Shown here piece after piece: positions 26,001-33,070 of a DNA stretch of 64,000 nt. The notes beneath the pieces were generated by a model. The model was not told the DNA's origin. It worked only from the letters and a program-made list of their open reading frames with translations, and did no database searches. The translations under genes and the position numbers were made by a program. The stretch spans positions 7,586 through 71,585 of the forward strand of contig JAFVRG010000001.1 of the NCBI GenBank assembly GCA_017504405.1, given 5' to 3'. Numbering within the stretch: the first letter of the stretch is position 1; each line of letters begins with the position of its first letter. The stretch comes from Clostridia bacterium (GTDB lineage: Bacteria > Bacillota > Clostridia > Oscillospirales > CAG-272).

Positions 26001-26410
26001 ATGACGGAAAGACAACGGTTGCCGAAAATGCAGAGATAATCAGGCTTGGCGGCACACAAAGATATGAGGTTGACAGCAGGAGTGCTACGGAAGCAATAGC
26101 TGCGACCGGCGAAAACGGCACGGTTGTAGCTATGGAAAAGGGTTACAGCAACGTTCCCCTGGCGTTAAGAGCTACCGAGTATCAGCAGGAGTACACATTC
26201 CGAGTATTTATGGTACTTCAAAATTCAAACAAGACGCTCACCTTTGTGAAATACAGCGATGCGGTGAGTGAAAATCTCGGAGACAGCGCATCGATATACG
26301 AGGCGGCAAGCTATATCAAAGCGAGCAATCCGCTCTCGGATGCACTCAATGCTAATTACAACATATCAAAGGTGCTTGCCATTGTAGACGCAAGCAAGGA
26401 GGAGGGCTAA
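23015..26410 (+). CDS. Secreted 1131-aa protein with two LamG/ConA-like modules, a roughly 220-aa helical insert and the conserved C-terminal domain (family member C)
   Basis: ORF-track frame 22889..26410 trimmed to the ATG at 23015 (GTGAGG SD). Signal peptide MKRKVLSLFLVLATVICALPALSLVSLASE. Module ends are YIRIYDCTIDEATLKKNHFADLCYYYK and YIRLYDCKLTDAQIMQNHFADLCYYYN. C-terminal domain FAGYQVRVTDYVAIRALF... Confidence 0.75.
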   Translation: MKRKVLSLFLVLATVICALPALSLVSLASEPIEKNYDYYKDLWYDEGHLVAFVDATDLSNLVINKAQDNSTASGIHNYIKITGGKLAGEYYMITNEKGSLTAQGGLPAITASQTSKPTWSSSSDYKIHIGNSFAANEIAGETAIGALEGVFNPEASSIASIEAAIKFNSASSANAGYYASVINSTNEGISGAVYNHDSTASKVFVGKYGALKGSKTTTGAIGKDAGVVLLSTLTFGEYSGTQVTGNAVREALMMDVSGITSYFMEANKNPNYQYHTIGTINEGDDIWAQGYGFDYQYIRIYDCTIDEATLKKNHFADLCYYYKLDVDNDVVKYYGANFYDRFAKMEIGKLSAGEVEMIQTLIEDPDADFSEPIEFVHDENYDKHAFLWYDNDHLVSFVDMSNLNTAGAVATVGSSTSEQIDAARVVIGSSVTATSNGTHSYAKIIGGKNAGYYYMLGADADSNMLSVTSDGYLDFDATFAIWGSNNAGIYTQYLFPRSSVDATFGGISNLGAQVKSVVRDSMFDPTAIQLYDKSYGTYTLNEVMVVDTNTYYTSGYARWLAKGGEADAYSMDNKPGSFKNILFTSAANMGVLYNKSNSTDITAIGTGVQTSKGAFVYADNREITNGDALTLTYTVTFQSPTFFKTDVTAITEKATKILKVNLGKCNGYTYKDDIRDRLVVSGYKMAYIRLYDCKLTDAQIMQNHFADLCYYYNLLTDEQLEFLRTKGGYVLTDEFYSEFVKFNIGSCDENKINSMKALIVAAIDRANAAESNAIAEKISGEFGIFAQISVSKAAADSIYNSYDATLSHVKSVLDSAEAEVKTTSDAEKREFINEQRVIIENVYIEMLNLKRSMKSYYLNAEDAFNAIKNINSNASAMQKDDLLMALTVCKAAAAFADERYLQVAFFRALIDTLKAKADDAEITYRAVDAIVSTNVNDFIKFAGYQVRVTDYVAIRALFVCDETAIEAGYTYGQNTYDIVSYGILCFKKGEEASVSYDGKTTVAENAEIIRLGGTQRYEVDSRSATEAIAATGENGTVVAMEKGYSNVPLALRATEYQQEYTFRVFMVLQNSNKTLTFVKYSDAVSENLGDSASIYEAASYIKASNPLSDALNANYNISKVLAIVDASKEEG

Positions 26411-26411
26411 T

Positions 26412-29279
26412 ATGAAAAAGCTACTATGCCTAATTCTGTGCTTTATAATGATTTTGTCGGTAGTTGCCTGCAATGATACCGACAACGACGGCACGACGAC
26501 GACCACAACAACAGCACCGCCACCGCCCGTTAACCCCGGACCGGGTGCGGTTATAGACCCGAATTTTAAGGAATTTGACACCGAGGGCTATCACATTTAC
26601 GTATCGAACAGCGGACTTGATTCAAATGACGGTCTTACACCCGAGAGGGCGGTAGAGAGCATCTACCGTGCAAACGATATTGCCCGTGATTACATAAATG
26701 GCAGCACTGAAAACAAAAAGGATGTTGTCATTTCGATAGAGAGCGGAGTTTACTACGCTCCCGAAACTGTAAAGGCAGTATCGGGAACAGCCGATATAGC
26801 AGTTTATTACACTGCAAGAGGCGGCAGAGTAACCGTTTCGGGCGGTCAGAACATAACCGCCGACAACATAAAGAAGGCTACCGACGAGTACGTTCTTTCA
26901 CGCATTAAGAACGACGAGGTCAAGAACAACCTCTGGGAAATTGACCTCTCAATGTATTCGGGTCTCACCCCTCTTTTTGACCCCTCAAACCTTAATACAT
27001 TTACCTCTACCGAATTTTATTCAAACGAGCTGTATCTGCTGCCTGCGAGATGGCCCAATGCAGACGAAATAATCCCCGAGGCGCAGAAGGACCACCCCAC
27101 AAACACCACGAACTCAAATAATCTGCACGGTTATTTCATTACCGAGTATCTTTGCTACATCAAGGATGGAGCGTTTAAAACTCCAACCGAGGTCGGAGAT
27201 GGCGCTGATAAACAGACGTTGCCGCTCGTTATAACCTTCAAGGGCGACAGCTACGACAGAATCAGCGGCTACGACTTTGAAAATGAGGATATCTATACCC
27301 ACGACTTCTTCTCGAACAACTGGGACGATATGATTCATAAGGTAACAAGCTTCTACGGCGGCGACATCAAAATGATGGACGGTAAAACCTATGAGGGCTA
27401 TATCACGCTTGACCGCGGACGTCAGTACAACGGCGAGCTGGCGCTTGAGGATGCTAACGGCGCTGCGACCTTCCGCCGCGGATATTTCTTCAACGTAATT
27501 GAGGAGATAGATACAGAGGGAGAATACTACTACGACTACGACAATAAGGCTATGTATCTCTACGCTAAGGACGAGGCGGTGCTCGACAGCATTTTCGTCA
27601 GCCTGCTTCCCTCTAATGTATTTGAGATATGCGGAACAAAAGACAGCAATATTGAAAACGTACACATCCGCAATATAGACGTTATGCACGGAATAGAAAG
27701 TCTTCTTTTCGTAAACTATGCAAAGAACATAACCGTTAACAGCTGTGAAATTGCAAACTGCACTAACATAGGCGTAGATATTCAGAATTCAGAGAATGTA
27801 AGAATTCTCAACAGCAAAATACACAGAACGGGATATCAAACCGTTGCGGTGAAGGTTTGCCATCAGGCAAATGCAGGTCAACCCCTTACTGAGGCTGATA
27901 TTTTGATTGAAAACTGCGAAATTTTCGATATGGGCAACAAAAGGATAGTCGGTTCAAGCGCAGTAGGCGCTTCCTATTCAAGCGGTCTTACCGTAAGAAA
28001 TTGCACTATGTACGGCGGCGGACACCAGGCTGTAGGCTATACAGACATGTACAACCTCATCGTTGAGTATTGCGACATTTACGATTTCATTACCGAGTCC
28101 GACGACGTAGGTCTGTTTTACGGCGTAGGACAGTACAATTCCAACTTTGGCTCTGTTATGCGCTACAACTACATTCACGACCTTTACACCTCGTGGGCCA
28201 AATACGGTATATGTATATTCTATCACGATTACAACGGACTTGGTTATCAGATTTACGGAAACGTCATAGCAAACATAGCCGCAGGCAACGAGGAGGCTAA
28301 GATAGCCCTAACCTCTTCCGTTCGCGGAGTTGATATGCACGATAACCTTGCCATAAACATATACGGCAATCGCCAGCAGGCAACCTATATTGACTTGGAT
28401 TGGGATGTTTTGACGGCATCAACCTGGTGGCGCTGTATGTACGGTGAGGAAACGCAGAATTTGTGGACAGCAGGCGAAAATCGTCCGCTATATCAGTATA
28501 TCGATAACAGCGGACTGTTCGGCGCATGGGATAATTCCTCTGCGGCAACTGACGAAAGCAGAAATTATCTGTATAAGAAGATGAAGGAAGTCCTGTCCGA
28601 GGAATTTGCTTTGGAAATGTTCTCACACGGCGCAGCCGAGCTTGTAACTCCCGATAACAACTGGTTGCAGGAAAACGGCTATGTAATTATTGACGATGAG
28701 GAAGCAAAGAAGTTCAAGATAAAAATACTTTCCGGAAGCAACGAGGGCACCTATACGCCTACCTCTACCAGCGATATGTTCCAGATACTCGTTGAAAAGG
28801 CAGGCTGGACAGGAAATGTCGTCACAATACCGACAAACGTAACAGTTTATTATGGGGAGACCCGTGTCAAGAATCTGACTTATAATATATACGAAAAGGA
28901 TGGCGACAGCTACCGTCTGTCCCCTGCGGCAAAGGCTCTCAAGGGTGAAAATGCAACAATATCCGACTTTAACGGCGGATCTTCGGTTGTTGCAAGCATG
29001 ACTAAATACTATTTCTATTCCGATAAGGCATTCCTCGGAGAATTTCACAACAACATAATGATAGGAATGCCCTATCATTACGAAATCGGAGCAAGCAATA
29101 TCGGAAACTGCGTCATGGATTACTACGACAATGAGGTTATCACTTATTATATGCCCCTGTTTGAGGAGGATGGATCGCTCGGAATAGATCTCTCGGATGT
29201 CCTTTATGAGGTAACGGACAGCAAATTTGATTTTGAAATGCTGGACATCAGCAAAACAGGTTCCGACATAAAGTGGTAA
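26412..29279 (+). CDS. Right-handed beta-helix lipoprotein (955 aa) with a Thr/Pro linker
   Basis: Lipobox LSVVAC followed by NDTDNDGTTTTTTTAPPPPVNPGPG. Cap motif YHIYVSNSGLDSNDGLTPERAV. PbH1-like repeats include NSCEIANCTNIGVDIQNSENVRILNSKIHRTG, ENCEIFDMG, VRNCTMYGGG and VEYCDIYDF. It starts 1 nt after the stop of the upstream gene. Confidence 0.8.
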   Translation: MKKLLCLILCFIMILSVVACNDTDNDGTTTTTTTAPPPPVNPGPGAVIDPNFKEFDTEGYHIYVSNSGLDSNDGLTPERAVESIYRANDIARDYINGSTENKKDVVISIESGVYYAPETVKAVSGTADIAVYYTARGGRVTVSGGQNITADNIKKATDEYVLSRIKNDEVKNNLWEIDLSMYSGLTPLFDPSNLNTFTSTEFYSNELYLLPARWPNADEIIPEAQKDHPTNTTNSNNLHGYFITEYLCYIKDGAFKTPTEVGDGADKQTLPLVITFKGDSYDRISGYDFENEDIYTHDFFSNNWDDMIHKVTSFYGGDIKMMDGKTYEGYITLDRGRQYNGELALEDANGAATFRRGYFFNVIEEIDTEGEYYYDYDNKAMYLYAKDEAVLDSIFVSLLPSNVFEICGTKDSNIENVHIRNIDVMHGIESLLFVNYAKNITVNSCEIANCTNIGVDIQNSENVRILNSKIHRTGYQTVAVKVCHQANAGQPLTEADILIENCEIFDMGNKRIVGSSAVGASYSSGLTVRNCTMYGGGHQAVGYTDMYNLIVEYCDIYDFITESDDVGLFYGVGQYNSNFGSVMRYNYIHDLYTSWAKYGICIFYHDYNGLGYQIYGNVIANIAAGNEEAKIALTSSVRGVDMHDNLAINIYGNRQQATYIDLDWDVLTASTWWRCMYGEETQNLWTAGENRPLYQYIDNSGLFGAWDNSSAATDESRNYLYKKMKEVLSEEFALEMFSHGAAELVTPDNNWLQENGYVIIDDEEAKKFKIKILSGSNEGTYTPTSTSDMFQILVEKAGWTGNVVTIPTNVTVYYGETRVKNLTYNIYEKDGDSYRLSPAAKALKGENATISDFNGGSSVVASMTKYYFYSDKAFLGEFHNNIMIGMPYHYEIGASNIGNCVMDYYDNEVITYYMPLFEEDGSLGIDLSDVLYEVTDSKFDFEMLDISKTGSDIKW

Positions 29280-29295
29280 TGAGGAAACAGAAAAA

Positions 29296-31680
29296 ATGGT
29301 AAAACACGAGATATACGTAAGCAAAACGGGCGATGATAAAAATATAGGCTCAAAGGCTTCGCCCGTAAGAACTATATCGGAGGCAATAAGGCGGGCTGCC
29401 ACGGCAGACCGTTGGTTTCCGTTCAATATATACGTAAGAGGCGGAAATTATCACGAAACGCTTTCCTTCGGCGCTCTTGACTCTCGAAAAAACAAGGGCT
29501 GCGAGCTCACAATTTCTGCGTACAAAAACGAAAAGGTTTGCGTACACGGAGGATACGAGATTGAGGAAAGCAGGATTAAAAAGGTCACTGACGAGTCAAT
29601 TCTCTCCCGTATTATAAACGAGGGAGCACGAGATAAAATCTATGCGATAGATTTATCGGATAAAAAGCAGTATCTTTTCCCTAACAGGCAAACCTTCCAG
29701 TACGGAGCGTGCAGAACCGCACTTTTCCGCAACAATAAGATGATGGAGCCTGCAAGATATCCGAAAAAGCTATCGACTGACCGCACGACTGCGGGCGAAT
29801 ATATGCACGCAACTAAATACGATTACCCCGTATCGGATGACGGAAAGATGAGAAATGTATCTATGACCGTTTTGGAGGATTCGCTGTTCGAGCGCATGGA
29901 AAAGTGGGATAAATCTGTATTAAAGGATTTGTGGGCAGACGGATATTTTTCTCATACCTGGTGGGATGAATACTGCCGTATAATATCCTTCGACAAGAAG
30001 AAAAAGCAGATAAGAACCAACGATGACGCTATGTTTTATACCGCCCCCAACGGCGTTCTGCTGCCTAACCTCAACGTGGGAAGGTTTTATCTCTTCAATA
30101 TTTTTGACGAGCTGAGCGAGGAAAATGAATTTTTCATCGACTATAAGAGCGGTATCGTTTACGTTTATTCCGAAACACCTATCAAAACCGGCGACATCGT
30201 TTTGGGTACGGAGACGAACCACTTGCTCACCATAGACCGTTCGGTCGGCATCAACATCAAAAACATTGATTTTGCATATTCACAGGGGTATCTTGTTCAG
30301 ATGTGGGATGCCAGCTGTTGCTCGCTTGACGGTTGCAATCTTTACTGCTCCGGATACGGCGCAGGGCGAATCAGCTACTCGAACAACATAACAATTAAAA
30401 ACGCAGTTGTTACGGAAACGACTGGGGGACTCTCCTTCAATGGCTGTGGAAACCTGCAAACCCTAACCGAATCCAACTGTGTGGTCGAAAACTGCATATT
30501 CCACGACGTATCAACCACCCATCGCTGTTACAACTCCTGCCTTGGGTCGGGCGTTGACTGTGTGGGAATTAAGTTTTTGCACTGTAAGCTGTACAATGCG
30601 CCGCACATGCTCCTTTCATTGGGCTCATTCACCGAGGTTGCATACTGCGAATTTTTCAACGCCGCAAAGGACTCTGACGATTGCGCTGCAATCTATTGGG
30701 GCGCCCGCCCCGACACTGTCGGAAACGTAATTCACGACTGCTATTTCCACGACCTCGGAAACGTATGGCAGACCTGGGGTACGAATGCGATTTATCAGGA
30801 CGATATGGGAACAGGTGCAGATATATACAACAATATATTTGTAAACGTTGCCTCGCCGGATAAATCCTCAGCCATAAAGGGCGCATCCTTCCATCGCTCG
30901 CATAACAACATTTTTATAGGCCCCAATCCTCCCGACGGAGGATACTTGTACGGCCTTTATGACTGGATATTCAGGGCTTCAATTGACTTTGACGACGATG
31001 CTCCCGCAATAGGTCTTGGCACAAATGTGCCAAAATGGCACCGAATGCTCGAAAGAGTAGGCTTCTTCACGCCCGAGTGGCGCAAAAAGCTGAAGGGAAC
31101 ACTCTGGCAAAAAATGTACGATCCTCTCGATGAGAGCAAGATTGCGCAGTTAAAGCTCTATCAGGCATCTCTCGAGGGCGAGGAGCCGGAGCTGAAAAAT
31201 GCAAAGGTGGCGATGAAGCTCGCAGAGCTTCTGTTCGTCGGAAAATATGCTGACGGCACTCCGATAGAGGGAAATATTTTTGATGTAATAAAGGAAAAAT
31301 TTCCGAGCTATTACCAAAAGGCACTTACGGACAGTGAGGGCGCAGGAGAAGTGTTCAGAATAAACCGCATAAAGCATATTGTTATGGAGCTCATATGGTT
31401 CGGCGAAATCATGCCCGAATACTACCAGACTCTTGACGGCAACCTTATCATAGGAAGCAAAAACTATGCAGGCGAGCTGAATGATAATGACGTAATGCGT
31501 CATCTAAACCATTTCAATAACCTTAATATGGAAAATGATAAGATGCCTGACGGAAATTCATTGTTTGTTGATTCTGAGGGCGGTGATTATACAATGACCG
31601 AGGAAGGACTCGCATTTGTCAGGAGTAAAATCGAGGGCTTTGAGCCAATAGATTTTTCCAAAATAGGAGCCGGAAAATAA
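29296..31680 (+). CDS. Right-handed beta-helix protein (794 aa, no signal peptide)
   Basis: Cap motif HEIYVSKTGDDKNIGSKASPVRTISEAI. It shares the ARYPKK and FNIFDELSEENEFFIDYKSGIVYVY blocks with the other four beta-helix proteins. PbH1-like repeats include LDGCNLYCSG, IKNAVVTETTGG, VENCIFHDV and FLHCKLYNAP. Confidence 0.75.
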   Translation: MVKHEIYVSKTGDDKNIGSKASPVRTISEAIRRAATADRWFPFNIYVRGGNYHETLSFGALDSRKNKGCELTISAYKNEKVCVHGGYEIEESRIKKVTDESILSRIINEGARDKIYAIDLSDKKQYLFPNRQTFQYGACRTALFRNNKMMEPARYPKKLSTDRTTAGEYMHATKYDYPVSDDGKMRNVSMTVLEDSLFERMEKWDKSVLKDLWADGYFSHTWWDEYCRIISFDKKKKQIRTNDDAMFYTAPNGVLLPNLNVGRFYLFNIFDELSEENEFFIDYKSGIVYVYSETPIKTGDIVLGTETNHLLTIDRSVGINIKNIDFAYSQGYLVQMWDASCCSLDGCNLYCSGYGAGRISYSNNITIKNAVVTETTGGLSFNGCGNLQTLTESNCVVENCIFHDVSTTHRCYNSCLGSGVDCVGIKFLHCKLYNAPHMLLSLGSFTEVAYCEFFNAAKDSDDCAAIYWGARPDTVGNVIHDCYFHDLGNVWQTWGTNAIYQDDMGTGADIYNNIFVNVASPDKSSAIKGASFHRSHNNIFIGPNPPDGGYLYGLYDWIFRASIDFDDDAPAIGLGTNVPKWHRMLERVGFFTPEWRKKLKGTLWQKMYDPLDESKIAQLKLYQASLEGEEPELKNAKVAMKLAELLFVGKYADGTPIEGNIFDVIKEKFPSYYQKALTDSEGAGEVFRINRIKHIVMELIWFGEIMPEYYQTLDGNLIIGSKNYAGELNDNDVMRHLNHFNNLNMENDKMPDGNSLFVDSEGGDYTMTEEGLAFVRSKIEGFEPIDFSKIGAGK

Positions 31681-31698
31681 AAATCAATAACTAAAAAA

Positions 31699-31740
31699 CA
31701 GAGCAAGGACGGAGTTTTTCCGCTTCTGCTCTGTTTTATT
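31699..31740 (+). terminator. Intrinsic terminator ending the 23015-31680 transcription unit
   Basis: cagagca...tgctctg stem followed by TTTTATTTTATTT. Confidence 0.5.
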
Positions 31741-31768
31741 TTATTTACGTATATTTTCTATAAAAATA

Positions 31769-31797
31769 TTGACTTTTAGCTCTATTACTGTTAAAAT
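31769..31797 (+). promoter_or_regulatory. Promoter of the SGNH esterase gene
   Basis: TTGACT (31769-31774), a 17-nt spacer ending in CTGT, and TAAAAT (31792-31797). Confidence 0.5.
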
Positions 31798-31869
31798 TAA
31801 ATTGTAAAAAATTACATTTATTTCCCCAAAAACACGGGATTTACAGTGAGCGTATAAAGGAGAATTGAT

Positions 31870-32895
31870 ATGATATATTCAAATGCAGATTTTTTCAACG
31901 TAGCAGAGCTAAGACCTACCGCCGACGGCGGATTTGATATGCTCAGATTCCCAAAGAGCGCATATAAGAATATGAAAAATATGGGTACTAAAATGTCGCA
32001 TATCGCCACCTGTACCGAGATACGCTTCGTAACCGATGCGGACGTTGTATGGGTAACCCTGATGAGCAAGACCTCGGACACCGAAATATTCCTCTATTCG
32101 GGCGATTACAAGCGTGACGTGTACCACCTCAAGGCAGGAGCGAAGCAAACGCTGACAATAGAGCCTATGTCTACCTTTAAGGGCAAGAGCGACGAGATGC
32201 TCGATTCGCCTATATACAGAAACCGCTATTCGCACAACGTATACAGGATAGTAATTCCCAATGCGTATATGACGTTTTATGAGATACGTGCGCTTAACGG
32301 CACGTATATGCGTGCCCCTGTAGCAGAGGAGCTGCCGAAGAAAAAAATGCTTTTGTACGGCTCGTCGATTTCGCACGGCTGTTGGAGCGAAAATTACACC
32401 CTCGGCTACGTAGGCGTTGCAGCCGAGAAGCTGGGACTCGACCTGCTCAATAAGGGAATGTCGGGAAGCTCAAGATTTGAAAAGGAAACAGCCGATTACC
32501 TCGCAGGTGAGGATTTCGACATTGCCCTCATGGAGCTGGCGACAAACATGACTAACCCAAGCGATTATACCGTTGACGAGGTTTTGGCTGCGGTTGAGTA
32601 TACCATGCGCACTGTATGTGAGAAAAACCCCGACAAGCCTATCGTTTGTATGTCGCCGTTCATTCACATGTGGGGAAAAGAAGCCGAAAATGACAGGGAA
32701 AATCACAAGCTGCTCGTCAAGGAAAAATTGGACAGTATGATAGCTTCGCTTCCTTATAAGAACCTCAGATATTTCGATTCCGAAAGGGTGTTTGATAAGG
32801 CATACCTTTGCTGCTGGGACTTCTGCCACCCGTCGGATTTCGGCCATATCGATATGGGATACAATCTCGTAAATCTTCTTAAGGATTTGATATAA
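31870..32895 (+). CDS. SGNH/GDSL-type esterase with an N-terminal beta-sandwich-like domain (CE2-like architecture)
   Basis: Block I LLYGSSISHG, block II GMSGSS, block III ELATNM and block V CHPSDFGH (DxxH). No signal peptide. Confidence 0.7.
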   Translation: MIYSNADFFNVAELRPTADGGFDMLRFPKSAYKNMKNMGTKMSHIATCTEIRFVTDADVVWVTLMSKTSDTEIFLYSGDYKRDVYHLKAGAKQTLTIEPMSTFKGKSDEMLDSPIYRNRYSHNVYRIVIPNAYMTFYEIRALNGTYMRAPVAEELPKKKMLLYGSSISHGCWSENYTLGYVGVAAEKLGLDLLNKGMSGSSRFEKETADYLAGEDFDIALMELATNMTNPSDYTVDEVLAAVEYTMRTVCEKNPDKPIVCMSPFIHMWGKEAENDRENHKLLVKEKLDSMIASLPYKNLRYFDSERVFDKAYLCCWDFCHPSDFGHIDMGYNLVNLLKDLI

Positions 32896-32910
32896 GAACA
32901 ACAAAAACAA

Positions 32911-32950
32911 GCGCTTTCCCTCAAAAAGCTTGGCAAAAACTTTCGCAAAA
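32911..32950 (-). repeat. Intergenic repeat, copy 1a
   Basis: The reverse complement reads ttttgcgaaagtttttgccaagctttttgagggaaagcgc. The core AAGTTTTTGCYAAGCTTTTT is shared with the other copies. Confidence 0.6.
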
Positions 32951-32963
32951 GGAACGAAACAGA

Positions 32964-33000
32964 CGCTTTTTGAAAAAAGCTTAGCAAAAACTTTTATAAA
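32964..33000 (-). repeat. Intergenic repeat, copy 1b
   Basis: The reverse complement reads tttataaaagtttttgctaagcttttttcaaaaagcg. Confidence 0.7.
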
Positions 33001-33010
33001 ATGAAAAAGT

Positions 33011-33043
33011 AAAAGTGAGGCACAAAAGTGCCTCACTTTTTTT
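33011..33043. terminator. Bidirectional intrinsic terminator between convergent genes
   Basis: AAAA-gtgaggcac-aaaa-gtgcctcac-TTTTTTT. Confidence 0.65.
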
Positions 33044-33070
33044 GGTTTTGCCGAAATACGGCAGCCCCTC

